Part shown: positions 1-11,357 of the stretch, in pieces
Numbering within the stretch: the first letter of the stretch is position 1
How the letters are laid out: every line of letters starts with the position of its first letter
From: Flectonema sp. DT1601
Lineage: Eukaryota
NCBI GenBank assembly: GCA_964019425.1
Contig: OZ025787.1
Span: forward strand, 1,302,001-1,366,000
Direction: 5' to 3'
Length of the DNA: 64,000 bases
Notes under the pieces: generated by a model
What the model saw: only the letters and a program-made list of their open reading frames with translations
What the model was told of the DNA's origin: nothing
The model's database searches: none
Translations under genes and position numbers: made by a program

Positions 1-1647
1 GGAGACTATGCTGGTTATTATGATATATTCTGGTTAAGCACTTCTAGTAGAGGAATGTCATTAATAACACAACTTGCGATTATTGCCTCAATAGTAAACA
101 TGATGATTGAATCTCTCCCTCAATACCAAAACGAAGGTGCTGAGCCGGGAAATGTTGTCACGGTATGATACACGTTTTTTTTTTTTACTACACTGTTGTT
201 TACACAACCGTACTAAATCCTAGTAAGGAATGATAGGTTAGTTACGCCGCCGCAATTCTCTTTCTACTGAACAACTTTTGTAGGTACAAAACAACAATAA
301 AATATCTGAATAAAAAAATCACAGAGAAACGTTGAGGCCACGTGCATATACATCTTCACATTCGAATTCATAATGCGCACCCTGAGTTACCCGGGAAGTA
401 ATCTAAAGTACATAGCCCTAGCATCGACTTGGGTCGATATTGCTTCTATTTTACCATTTTATTTAATGAAGGTTTGTTTATTTTGTTTTTTTTCCCCTCT
501 TTTTTTTTTTTGTTGTGTTTTTCAACTTACGTCGATCAAAAAAAAAAAAAAACACACACAGCTTGGTGTCTTCGCGGAAGACAACGGTTCCAGGGGTCTG
601 GTCGCGTTGAAGTTATTTAAGACTGCTAGACCTTTATTGAGAGCGTTTCGATATGCGAGAGTCATTCGGGTATTAAAACTCGGTAGAAGAAGTGCAGGGG
701 TTCAGCTAATGCTGACAGCAATAATGAGAGCACGTGGATCAATGTCGTGGTTGTGTGTTTTTACGTTGATGGCGATGTCAATGTCTTCTGCTTTGCTATT
801 TTATGCTGAAAAAGACGACGCATATTTCTCGTATCCTGACCAGGCGTGGTATCGCGAAGAGAACAGCTCTCTACCAGATGCAGGTCAGAAAGTCTTTTTT
901 CAATCAATCCCGGACACCCTTTGGTGGGCATTGGTCACATTAACGACAACTGGTTACGGCGATTCTTACCCAGTCACAGCTGGTGGTAAGTTGGTAGCAG
1001 GTTTAACGATGATGACGGGTTTACTAGTGGTAGGATATCCGATTACTATTTTAACAACTGTCTTTCAAGAAGTCCATCATGAACATCTTGAAAAACAAGC
1101 AGCCACTCGTAGAAAGCATCTTCTAAAATCAAAGCTTCGACGAACTCAATTATTTAAAACTGACAAGGCCCTTTCAACTGACGGTAGTTCTTTCACTGAT
1201 TTAGATCGACAGCGTAGGAGATCAACGTTAATTATTGCCGAGGCAATCCAAACAAAGATAAATGTTCCGGATAATGAAGACAGCAGCAGTGATGATGCAT
1301 CTGTTACAGGTTCAAGTTTTCTAAGTGAAACTACTAATAGATTAAACCCTTTTAATGAACGAGGTGTATCTCCACGAAGTCCGTCAAGCATATCTCACAT
1401 GAGATTGACTCCGAGAGTTCGACTGGCTAGTCGACATTCAGTTGTCGCAACATCAATAAATCAAATGGACCATCAGGCTGATTTGGTACCACTAGCTGTT
1501 GTAGAGCAAATGATTAGCGGAATGGAGAAGGTTATAATAACGCGATTAACAACTTTAGATAATGCAATTAGTGAGATTCGTAGAGACCTTGATAACCTTT
1601 TGGACAAAGAAGGCTCATGTCCTCCATCCCCACCACCGAGTGATTAG
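1..1647 (+). CDS. Voltage-gated (Kv/Shaker-like) potassium channel, 5'-partial; exons <1-162, 325-471, 562-1647
   Basis: S4 segment KLFKTARPLLRAFRYARVIRVLKLGRRS, pore signature WWALVTLTTTGYGD and S6 GLLVVGYPITIL. Frame 1 is open from base 1 (..AIIASIVNMMIESLPQY.., S1-like). Removing 163-324 and 472-561 deletes a stop and a poly-F/poly-K stretch. Confidence 0.92.
163..324 (+). other. Spliceosomal intron (K+ channel intron a)
   Basis: GTATGA...AAAAAAATCACAG; phase 0; restores the reading frame across a TGA. Confidence 0.8.
181..228. repeat. Short dispersed repeat, copy 1 (intronic)
   Basis: TTTTTTACTACACTGTTGTTTACACAACCGTACTAAATCCTAGTAAGG matches 45655-45709 apart from 2 substitutions and a small central indel. 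Confidence 0.75.
472..561 (+). other. Spliceosomal intron (K+ channel intron b; in-frame, stop-free)
   Basis: GTTTGT...AAAAAACACACACAG; removal joins LPFYLMK to LGVF and deletes homopolymer-derived residues. Confidence 0.8.
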
Positions 1648-2108
1648 CTATACTTGTAGCCATATTCTTTTATGTTTTTACACGCTGGATATTTTATTTC
1701 TATGTTTGTTTGTTTCTGCATTCAATTATAGAATTCAATTTTTTTTTTTTTTTTTTTCAAGTGCAACACATTTATACTTCTATATCTTAGTGATGAGTAT
1801 TTTGTTCACAGCTTGTCGATTGCTTCTGACTTTACTATTTGGATTCGTACCACACTCAGTTGGGGTGTCTTTGTTCGTGTTTTCACACACAAAGGCTCCC
1901 TATCAGTTTTTTACGGAAAATATTGCAGCTTACGCTGGTACAGATGTATCTGGTTTTTAAAAAAATAGATCAATCTTAGGTTTGTAGTGCTCCCATCAAT
2001 TTGTTGCTAACAGTGTAGCAGTTTTTGTTGTTTCATTTGAGTTGTTAAAAAAAACCTAATTTATTACTTAACCCCCCCAAAGACACGAAAAAAAAAAAAA
2101 AAAAAAAA

Positions 2109-3614
2109 ATGAAAACATCACGAACAGGATTAATGCCAGCAGTAACCCAATCTTCTTCATTGAATAAAGACAGAGATGGTAAACCCATGGTTAAAAAAGT
2201 AAGCAGCGCAACCCTTGCAAGACGAGCAAGGTCTCCAAGCCCAGCTCAAACAACAAGAGGAGTGAAACCAATAAGACGGGAAGACTCTATTGGCGCAAGA
2301 CAAAAGAGAGAAATCACTCATAAAGGATATCAAAGAAATACATTACTCCAACCTACAAGAAACTCTGTGAAACCAACAGTGGCGATACCAACAGCCATGA
2401 TGAGTAACAGACATCGTGATGTTAATAATATGGCTGCTCGTACTTCGTATCAACCTGTTGAAACAAATCAAAGAGATGTTCACTTTGAGAATCAAAATGA
2501 TGAAGAAAGTGACAAAGACCTGTTCGACATCGACAACATCAGTGCTAACACTAGTGAAGTAAGAGATTTAATTAAAATGTATAAAGTGTTGTTAGGGGGA
2601 GGAGAAAGTGATGACAAAGACGTTGACAAGGAATCCGACGAAGACGATATTGACATCCAACCAGCTGCATTGTCTCCTGAAGCAATAGGATCAATGTCAC
2701 TCAGACAGTTAGCATCTGATAATCAACATCAATCTCACTCAATTAATAATATTGAAGAACACCTTACAATTGATCCTTCGTCATTGGAACTTCCTCCTCC
2801 TCATACTCAGACTATCGAAGAGATCTTTGAGGATCAGAATGTTGATAGAAAGCAATCAATCCCTTCACAAACTAGAAAAACTAGACAAAATCACCAAAAC
2901 ACTGCTCCAAAGGTCTACACCGACTACCATCGACAGATGGAGCGTGTTGAAAAAGAGCTAAAAGAGTCTGCTGCAGAGAGAGCCATCTTGACAGCACAGA
3001 ATGCGTCGTTGGAGTCAAAATGCCTCGGATTGGAAAGTGAATTGGAAGCGATGAGAAAACAACACGTAGAGCTTCACTTATCAACTCAAACAACTAATGA
3101 AAAGTTAATTACTTCCGTTCAAGGAATATTAACTTCAATGAATGATCTGAGTGATCGGGTTAGAAATATTGAATCTAGACAACAAGTAGTTCCTCCCACA
3201 GCACCAGCACCAGCACCGGAAGCACCAATTCCACGGTCAGAGGTTGCTGATATTATTCATAATTATGCTTCTGTTCATCCTGTAGAAGCAAATCTTGCAG
3301 CAGCAAGTGATCATATTCCGTTAGGTAAAAAGATAACTGTAATTAACGAACCAGCGTCACTGAATATTGATTCGTTCGATCACAGAAGTACTGCTCGTTG
3401 TCTTAATCTCGGAAGTGATTTACAACCAGTCTCTTTAACTCCTGCGTCGAACTTAAATTCAATGTATGGAAATAGTGCGCAGCAATCTCCTGGAGCTTCT
3501 CCTGATGAGTCTGTTGGATCTGGTTCAACATCACCTTCTCCGTATTCTATTAGAAATGAAGTTAGAAAACTACACGAAACGTACTCTGCTCACGCTGTTC
3601 ACGTAGGTCATTAG
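2109..3614 (+). CDS. Hypothetical protein, low-complexity with central coiled coil (501 aa)
   Basis: Long ORF free of homopolymers; heptad-like stretch QMERVEKELKESAAERAILTAQNASLESKCLGLESELEAMRKQ. Confidence 0.8.
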   Translation: MKTSRTGLMPAVTQSSSLNKDRDGKPMVKKVSSATLARRARSPSPAQTTRGVKPIRREDSIGARQKREITHKGYQRNTLLQPTRNSVKPTVAIPTAMMSNRHRDVNNMAARTSYQPVETNQRDVHFENQNDEESDKDLFDIDNISANTSEVRDLIKMYKVLLGGGESDDKDVDKESDEDDIDIQPAALSPEAIGSMSLRQLASDNQHQSHSINNIEEHLTIDPSSLELPPPHTQTIEEIFEDQNVDRKQSIPSQTRKTRQNHQNTAPKVYTDYHRQMERVEKELKESAAERAILTAQNASLESKCLGLESELEAMRKQHVELHLSTQTTNEKLITSVQGILTSMNDLSDRVRNIESRQQVVPPTAPAPAPEAPIPRSEVADIIHNYASVHPVEANLAAASDHIPLGKKITVINEPASLNIDSFDHRSTARCLNLGSDLQPVSLTPASNLNSMYGNSAQQSPGASPDESVGSGSTSPSPYSIRNEVRKLHETYSAHAVHVGH

Positions 3615-4537
3615 TTTTGGATTGGTGGTGGGTTAAGTTATTTTCGTGTTTTCAATAAATAGTCTTTTATAAGAGATAATTGATTCTTCTTTCTCTACTT
3701 AAATGTTTTCTTCGCCTTTTGTTCCCACTCTGCTCCCCAACCGTGGTGGATCGAAACCACAAATAGATTTTTAGATTTTTATTCCCTTCTCTATTCATTT
3801 CCCTCATAGAGACGATTGTGTTTAGTCAAAAACGGACTGAATGAACCGGACTGAAGGAACCTGCTTATTGTTTGCTGAAACACTTTTTTCTTAAATTCTT
3901 TTTTATTTTTATATACACACCGAACCAACCTTTTGTTGAGGAACCTGCAGTGCAGCTCTTCAAGAGTTTTTGACGGTATTATAGTCGTGCACAATTGAAA
4001 AGTAAAATTGGTCGTTCAGTTTTTTTTTTTTTTTTTTTTCCTTTAATCCCCAATATCCTACTGTTTTTAAATGAAACAACTGGTTTATGCAAAAAAAAAA
4101 AAGATTTTTTAGATAAACAACAAAAAGAGCAATAAGGTCTTGCACACTGGATTAGATCAAGCGTGATGATGGAACAAAAGAAATACCTTAAAGAGGACAT
4201 GATGTCTATGGTAGCTTCCAGTGTTTTTTCGTTGAAAAGAAACAAAAAAAAAAAAAAAAAAAAAGTAAAGTTTCTCCCACCGTAACCCACATCGCTCCCC
4301 TTTCTCACAAACGATTTTTTTTTTTTTTTTTTTTTTCCTTTTCAATTCACCACCCCCACCGAATTCAACTTTCATAGATCTCATAAGTACTAACTACATA
4401 CATGATCATTAGCTTTAGTTAAAGTTTAATTATATTACAGGAAACACCAACACCACTTATCAATAATTCAGTAAGATTAAAGGAGAACTCAATTAGTGTA
4501 TTCTCTCTTACAGAAAGTTAATTTCAATACACTTCCG

Positions 4538-5158
4538 ATGAGAAGACAACTATTTAGTAGAACAGTTGCATGTCTGTGTTCATCACAGTCAGGATTTGGA
4601 GTGTCTTGGAGTAATTCTGTGTCTACCCTGTCTCGTCAGGTTTACGGAAGATGGAGACGTGTTCAGTTAAATATCGAACAGCAAAAAGAATTAACTGAAG
4701 CCCAAGACAGAATCAACCCTGCAATGCTTGACGTTGCAGAGGCTCAGATAAAGAGATTATATTGGGGTGAGTTTGGGGATGCTGGGGCTGTAACTGCCGC
4801 AGACAACGGAAGCAAACCTCAAATAATGATGGCAATGTCTCGCATACTGGTATTCGCTGTTAAGAATGACCCGGAACTATCAGGTTCATATAATGGTGAA
4901 AAACTTGAGAAATATGCATTACACACGTCAGCTGTATGCCAGAGTCTCTACATAGCAACAATTCAACAAGCTCAACGTGTTCTTGATCACCAGTTGTTAG
5001 ATATGCTTTCTATCGAAGTATTAACAAAAGTAAAAGAAGCTAATTGTCACCTTCCTCGTCTACTTCCAACCGACGCTGAAGCCATTGAAGCACTCTTTCA
5101 ACACTTTAGTGATGTAGCATCCGAGGCTGCTGGCATTAACAAAGATGATGAAAAGTAG
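4538..5158 (+). CDS. Hypothetical protein, possible mitochondrial presequence
   Basis: T-rich acceptor ttctctcttacag (4513) precedes ATG 4538; N-terminus MRRQLFSRTVACL is Arg-rich with no acidic residues. Confidence 0.72.
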   Translation: MRRQLFSRTVACLCSSQSGFGVSWSNSVSTLSRQVYGRWRRVQLNIEQQKELTEAQDRINPAMLDVAEAQIKRLYWGEFGDAGAVTAADNGSKPQIMMAMSRILVFAVKNDPELSGSYNGEKLEKYALHTSAVCQSLYIATIQQAQRVLDHQLLDMLSIEVLTKVKEANCHLPRLLPTDAEAIEALFQHFSDVASEAAGINKDDEK

Positions 5159-5600
5159 ATGTGTTGCTCCACAATAATTATCGAGGTAATTTCACGTTAA
5201 CATTCTAACTGTTTACAAAGGTTATGAATATTTGATAAAAGAAGTGACCAACTTAGTCGCTTTTACTGATTTCGTTGTACACCCACACGCCATGACACTA
5301 CCTATTTCGGGATGTGGAATTCTAGCTTGTATCCCCTACTGTATGTGAATAGTAGGGGTTGATTGCGAGTAACTGTATACAGAAAACAAGGGAAAAAAAA
5401 AAAAAAACGGCTGTCCGATTCGATCGAAAATATTACCAAATTGAAAGTCGGTTCTATTCTTGTTTATTATTACTTTATAGGAAATTTTATTGGAAATAAT
5501 GAGAACAGTTGGTGGAGTATTTTATACCAGTTCGATCATGAGATATCTTTTTCCCCTAAAAACACATCAATTCAGAAATAATAACATAACCAAAGCAACT

Positions 5601-6193
5601 ATGAAGAGAGTTTCTGCACTTCTCCTGGCGTTAGCTGCTTCCTCAACAGCAGAAACAACAGCAGAAGGTCCAGCAGGTAGATACTGTGGAGAGGTATCTC
5701 TTATGTTCGCAAAGGAACATGTTGAGATATGGGTGAATGAAGAAAATGATACTTTTGATTTTGGGGCAACTGGAGTGATGACTGTTCCTTGGTGTCCAGG
5801 TAACACTTTTACAAAAGAGATTAATCCAGACACTGGTGACATACAAGGGTTACCTGATGTAACGTATGATGATATTATTAATTACTTTTTAGAAGGAAAA
5901 CCATCTCGCAATTAAACAATCACAGGAAACTTACAAAGTGTCTTTCTCACGAACTCCGTCACATCGGTGGAATTAAAGACGGAAAGGTACCAATATCGGT
6001 ATGTTATTAATATTCCTTTAGTGAAGACCGATGAGGGGGGGTAGGTATCCTCATTATAATAAAACAGGTTTCTTGGTACAAAAAAACCGACACTATGGAA
6101 ATGACTATTTCAGGTGTACCTATCATTGGTGAGTTCACAGTTGACCTTACGAGAGATTGTAAGAAACACTTAGCAGATCGGGATGAGCTCTAA
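5601..6193 (+). CDS. Putative ER-lumenal protein (signal peptide, C-terminal RDEL), 153 aa; exons 5601-5863, 5926-5998, 6068-6193
   Basis: Signal peptide MKRVSALLLALAASS. Introns GTATGA..AATCACAG (5864-5925) and GTATGT..AAAACAG (5999-6067) give a continuous ORF ending ...DCKKHLADRDEL*. Confidence 0.82.
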
Positions 6194-6461
6194 TCAGTTT
6201 TGATTAATCTGAGAAAAGGGCTGCAATATTAAGAAATCCTATTAAAGGATCGACAAGCGAGGGGATGCCATCGCCACAAGGCGATCACGTTTTAACAATA
6301 ACGACATATGTATGATATTTGGAGGGGAGAACAAAAAAAAAACCAAAACAATGTAATAGCAATCATCAATAATATTATTGTTCAGCAGGTAACACAAGCT
6401 ATGTTCGAGTTGTTGATTTTTTCTAATTTTGTACCTTTTATGATCCCAGTGTATAATAAAA

Positions 6462-6970
6462 ATGCCGCGACCGTGTTTCCTACGAACAGGAAAGGGATGC
6501 TCTGATACGATCACACCAACCTCATCAGCGAGTAGTCTTCCAAACATGTCTAAGGTGATGAGATCATTTCGTGTTACACCAAAGCGTGGAAAGCCGGCAT
6601 CGTCTAATCGACGTCCTTCAGAATGCAAGCAGTTGTCTAAATCAAAAATTCTAGCAGCAAGTCAAGAAGTTAGAATGCTTAAACGAACTACTCATTTCCT
6701 CTTCACAAAATCAAGTTTTCAACGAGTTGTTAGGGGTGCAGTTGAAAGGCATGGCGGTAACTTCCGATTCTCACCCGCGAGTCTTGCTGCATTACAAGAT
6801 GCTACAGAGGCATATACTGTCGGAATATTCGAGGTGTGTTAATTAGGAGTGCTTTCATTGTATTTTTCATCACTTAACAACAGGATGCTTGTCTCTTCTG
6901 CCGTCACGCCTCACGTATAACAGTGATGCGAAGAGATCTCGACCTCGTTAAACTAGTGAGGAGACTTTAG
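6462..6970 (+). CDS. Divergent histone H3 variant (CenH3/CENP-A candidate), 152 aa; exons 6462-6833, 6884-6970
   Basis: Histone fold EVRMLKRTTHFLFTKSSFQRVVR...FRFSPASLAALQDATEAYTVGIFE. After the intron GTGTGT..ACAACAG (6834-6883) it continues DACLFCRHASRITVMRRDLDLVKLVRRL*, aligning to H3 [26 protein letters not shown]. Confidence 0.9.
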
Positions 6971-7111
6971 TTCTGATATTTTATATTTTATTTCCGCTCT
7001 CTTTTTAACCTTCGACCTTGAATTACTTTCTAGACCTTCTTCTCAATAGTATTTCATATTTTAGTAATTATATAAATAATGTTATTTTATGTTTACAGCC
7101 CAGTCATTGAT

Positions 7112-8830
7112 ATGTCGAGAGTCAGTCGATTGCTTGGGACTGGAGCGAATGCCCTTCCTCACTCTTGGGCATATCCAAAAGAGGGATTTAAAGAATTTAT
7201 GGTTATTTATAAACCTGCTTCACTTCCTGTCTATTCGGATGATTTTGATTGTGATTCGTTAGCGAAGAGAATGGGTGAGGGAAGGAGATCGTTGGGATTT
7301 CCTATACCCCTAGCACAGGAAGAAGAAGGTCTGCAGATCGTGACATTATATAAAGGAATGGCGAATTACGTTGAAAAACTGAATAGACTAGGATTAGTCA
7401 AGTTAAAATACAGAGCCCTATGCGAGCCTCCAGTATGCTGCATTAAAAACTCTAAAGCAAGTAGTACCTGCTCGGCTTACAATGGAATTTGGGGAGATGG
7501 TGAAAATATAGTCATCGAGGCGCTTCAAAATAAAGAAAGATTTCACATTAATAACAACGTCTGGAAGAAACTCACAAGCAATTCGTCGGTCTTAACAGAA
7601 AAAAATCAATCAGTTAATAAACTATTCAGCAATACTAATATCACGAATGATATAACTCCTGCTGTTGACATCCAATGTAATGCGTGTTGTGTTGAATATA
7701 GATACATCCCTGAACATGATTTTAATTATCCAAATTTTTCATTGTCAGGAACGTTCATTTCTAATAGTGAACATTCTTTTACTGAACTACAAATCTCAAC
7801 ATCTGGTGCCGTTCATTCGGGATTTCCGTATATAAGACAGGTGCTTTCTGCTCATGGTCTTCCGGTTACTCGCGATCCAATATTTAATAATCGTTATATA
7901 AAAGAGAATCTAACAGCTGAGATTCACAACCAAGAACTTCATAGAATACGACATAATAATAATACTTATGAAAACATAACACAAATGGGTACTGGATTGT
8001 CTCGTGTGGCAATTCGGTTGCCGGACCCGGACTGTTCTGAAAATCGTACTTTGTTATCAGATAAAGTAACAGATATTAATTTATACAGACTTATTACGAT
8101 TGAAATACCTCGATCTCCCCATTGGGGGGATTGGTTGAGCGGAGGAAATTTCTTATCGTTTAACACTGACTGGGTAAAGAATATGGTCTCAGTCACATGG
8201 AACAGAGATGAACCACAGCTCCCTTCAAGAGCCAGTGTTTTTGACGCATCTGACTCTGATACCCAACATGTCACAAATAACACTGCTAACACAGAGAAGA
8301 TGTCATGTGTATATTGTGGAGGTTCTCATGTTGTAGAAAACTGTCCCAAACTGAATTCAGATTCATCCAACGAAGTTGCCAGAAAACAAATGATGAGACT
8401 AAACTCAGCAGACGGTAGAGTAGATTATTGTACCATATGTTCATCTAAACAACATAGTATGCTTTCTTGTTCTCGTCGTATGCAGGGAGTTGATCCAACA
8501 TCTCATTGTTGTATTTGTGGTTCTCTTTATCATTCTATGTGGGAGTGTAAGGCTGCTAAAAAATTAGATCTCTGTGATCGATCAAAGGCTGATGATCATG
8601 CGAAGTCTCTAGGATTCTCTGACTATGAGGCTCTTGATAGTTTTTCATCTTCGGCACAGCGTGAGCGTCTTCGGGGTACTCGTCCTGTCATTCACGACAA
8701 GCAATCGAAGGATAGTTTTTACAGAACTGATGGACAGTACTCTAACAAATATAAACGAGTCAATCACGAGAGATACGAAGGCGCTAAAGAGGCCGATTAT
8801 TCTCCCAGTCCTGAGCAACACAATCAATGA
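7112..8830 (+). CDS. RluA-family pseudouridine synthase-like protein (degenerate) with three C-terminal CCHC-type zinc knuckles
   Basis: VIYKPASLPVY resembles RluA VVNKPxGLxVH; YIRQVLSAHGLPVTRDPIF resembles QIRVHLxxxGHPIxGDxLY. Knuckles: CVYCGGSHVVENC, CTICSSKQHSMLSC, CICGSLYHSMWEC. T-rich acceptor at 7098 favours ATG 7112. Confidence 0.7.
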   Translation: MSRVSRLLGTGANALPHSWAYPKEGFKEFMVIYKPASLPVYSDDFDCDSLAKRMGEGRRSLGFPIPLAQEEEGLQIVTLYKGMANYVEKLNRLGLVKLKYRALCEPPVCCIKNSKASSTCSAYNGIWGDGENIVIEALQNKERFHINNNVWKKLTSNSSVLTEKNQSVNKLFSNTNITNDITPAVDIQCNACCVEYRYIPEHDFNYPNFSLSGTFISNSEHSFTELQISTSGAVHSGFPYIRQVLSAHGLPVTRDPIFNNRYIKENLTAEIHNQELHRIRHNNNTYENITQMGTGLSRVAIRLPDPDCSENRTLLSDKVTDINLYRLITIEIPRSPHWGDWLSGGNFLSFNTDWVKNMVSVTWNRDEPQLPSRASVFDASDSDTQHVTNNTANTEKMSCVYCGGSHVVENCPKLNSDSSNEVARKQMMRLNSADGRVDYCTICSSKQHSMLSCSRRMQGVDPTSHCCICGSLYHSMWECKAAKKLDLCDRSKADDHAKSLGFSDYEALDSFSSSAQRERLRGTRPVIHDKQSKDSFYRTDGQYSNKYKRVNHERYEGAKEADYSPSPEQHNQ

Positions 8831-9002
8831 TGTACATGACGCCCCTCAGTCAAGAATTGACATTGCTAGCATTACTAACTTTTCAAAGCTACTGCATCAT
8901 CAGAAAGGCTGAATATTATTATTACGTTTTGTGTTGTTGGAGTGATTTCTTGTTTTACGTTATTTCTGCTTCCAGTTTTTTAATATCACCAAAGGTAGAA
9001 AT

Positions 9003-9854
9003 ATGTCATCCATTACAAGTAAGGTGCAGGCTGTTATTTCAAAGGGGTCTGCTGAAGCTGAAGTGGTATGTTTTCTTGTTTTTCGCGCATTGGGATTTTG
9101 ATCATTTCTTTACAAGAACACCCAACAGAGATACGCTCAGCTAAAGGAGAACGCAACCACTGAGAAGGTTAAGGAAAACTACGAGCATATGATTGTAGAG
9201 GTAAAGACTCGATTGGATTCCCTCCTGAACCTGATGAAGGAGTTGGTGGAGGCAACACAGACGGAGGCGAAGACTTTCGAGAGATCGAAGGAGGCTCTTG
9301 ACGCGGCACAGAAAAAGGTGCAATTGCTGATTGTGAAATTCGAAGCCCTGCTGAAGGATCTACAGAAGAAGATGGGGGAGGTGTACGTAGCGTACATTCC
9401 AGAAGAGCGCAGACAGGAGATCAACAAGTTCCTTGAGGGAGCGACGAAGCAACTTAGCGAGGGACTCCTTCAGGTGAAGGATGTGTACAAAGAAAAGGAG
9501 CTTCAGGGAGTTGCGCAGTTCGGGAAGGTCGTGGAGTGGGCGAGTGAGAAGTCGAACGAGGTGCAGACGAAAGTGTCGGAACTGACCGACGAACACGTGA
9601 AGCCGAGGTTCGAATCTGCGAAGGAGGTTCTGACCAACTACTCTCCAGATGCAATGGAGAAGGCGAATGAGGGATTCTCTGCGTTGATGGACGAGGAGCA
9701 GACTTACTTTGCGAGATTGACTGCATTCCTTTACATCATCTTTCATGCTATTATTATGTTCGCTCAGCGGAGATCTGTCGTAACCGAGATCAAGGTTTGC
9801 AATGTTGATGAAGAAGGCAACGCTGTCACTCCAAAGACCTCCACCTGTTCCTAG
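9003..9854 (+). CDS. Amphipathic-helical/coiled-coil family protein, paralog A (262 aa); exons 9003-9065, 9129-9854
   Basis: Exon 1 MSSITSKVQAVISKGSAEAEV, intron GTATGT..CCCAACAG, exon 2 starts RYAQLKENATTEKVK; core near-identical to paralogs B and C. Confidence 0.85.
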
Positions 9855-10270
9855 AGAATCAGATTGTTATTGTTGTTGATAATCGATTCTATTAATGTTT
9901 TCTTTGAAATATCATCTTCGCTAACCGAAGTTCTACTCGATAGTTTTTATTATTTACAACACTAACAAGCCTACATAATTTGATGAATTAAAATTTCTGA
10001 AGTCAATCAGGTTTGCTTAAAATACCGATTATTCGATTTTTAATTTTTACTATTTTGAAAAAAAAAAGTTACGTTGTCGACAGTTCTGTATCAGTGAAAG
10101 CGAAGAAACTGACCGATTTGGCCAATAATTCGGCTTTGTTAATTTATTTAAGGTCTCTATCTTTGGCACTAAACACTATTTTTCTTTTTCTTTTTGCACT
10201 ATTCCTGTCACAATTTAAAAAAAAAAAAAAATCTCGGAAGATTTAACTTTATGGTTATGAATTCTTCATT

Positions 10271-10314
<44 letters not shown>

Positions 10315-11193
10315 TCACATACAATCAAAATTAAAAAAAAAAAAAAATCAAACAAAAAAAAAAAAAAAAAAAAGACACACTGTTTTTTTTTAAAAAAAAC
10401 AAGTATAACTCTAATCTATTGTACGACGTTCAAATTCTATTTAAAATAAAGAAAAGGCTGTACAGTTTTTTTTTGACCTTTGTGATATATGTTTGTGGTG
10501 TTTGCGTGTGAACCCTAGCTTATTATCTTAACTACGTCCTGTAGTCGGTACAAAACAACTGTTTGTTTTTGTTTGACTCGGACAACCAACCTCTCTCAGA
10601 AAACTAGTAATGGCTTAAGCCTACTTCTTTTTCTGCATTTCATTGATATTTTTTTTCCTTCCCAATTAAAAAAAATTTTAAAAACCCATTTGGTTCCTAC
10701 GGCGTTCTGCTATGCAGGTCAGCCTTTATATGTATGGAGCAAAGGGTTTCACTTTTTTAATTTTCTTTTATTTTCTTCTTGACTAAGAGCATGGTCAGAC
10801 TCTCTTTATTCGCAAGAATAGTTCATTCTTGTGAACCTGCTGAAGAGAAGTAGCTATTTTTGTGTGTCTTAGTATTCTTCTCTAGTATTGTTTGAAGTGT
10901 AAGCGAGTGTTGTTTATTTTGTTTGTGTTTTTCCTCTCTAAAAAAGAAACTTATTACTGAATGGAGAATAAAACAATTTTTTTTTTTTGAGCTGCATTCT
11001 ACCTACCTCCTTCAGTTCCATTCTTATGCTTTTTATATTATATCCCTTCTCTGTAAAAAGATGGTGAGGAAAAAACTTTAATTAGCAAATGTTTTTTTGT
11101 TTTTGTTTTTTCCCTTTCTTTTGTTTACTAGTTTTTGTCTAGTTAATGTTTTTATTACAGAGCGGTAAACTCATCAGTTGACAGATTGATTTC

Positions 11194-11226
<33 letters not shown>

Positions 11227-11325
11227 TTTCCCCTTTCATTTTATTGTTTTATCGCTAAGAAAGCACTTTTGCTGACAGCAGAACAAAAACAGGTTTCGTT
11301 AGAGAGTACTACTGCAATAAATCTC

Positions 11326-11357
<32 letters not shown>

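Noticed and set aside
3746..3760. GTGGATCGAAACCAC, like the T-arm of initiator tRNA-Met
   Set aside because: No acceptor, D or anticodon arm can be formed from the flanks.
9141..9746. Minus-strand ORFs repeated at all three paralogs
   Set aside because: Antisense shadows of the GC-rich core, conserved only because the DNA is identical.
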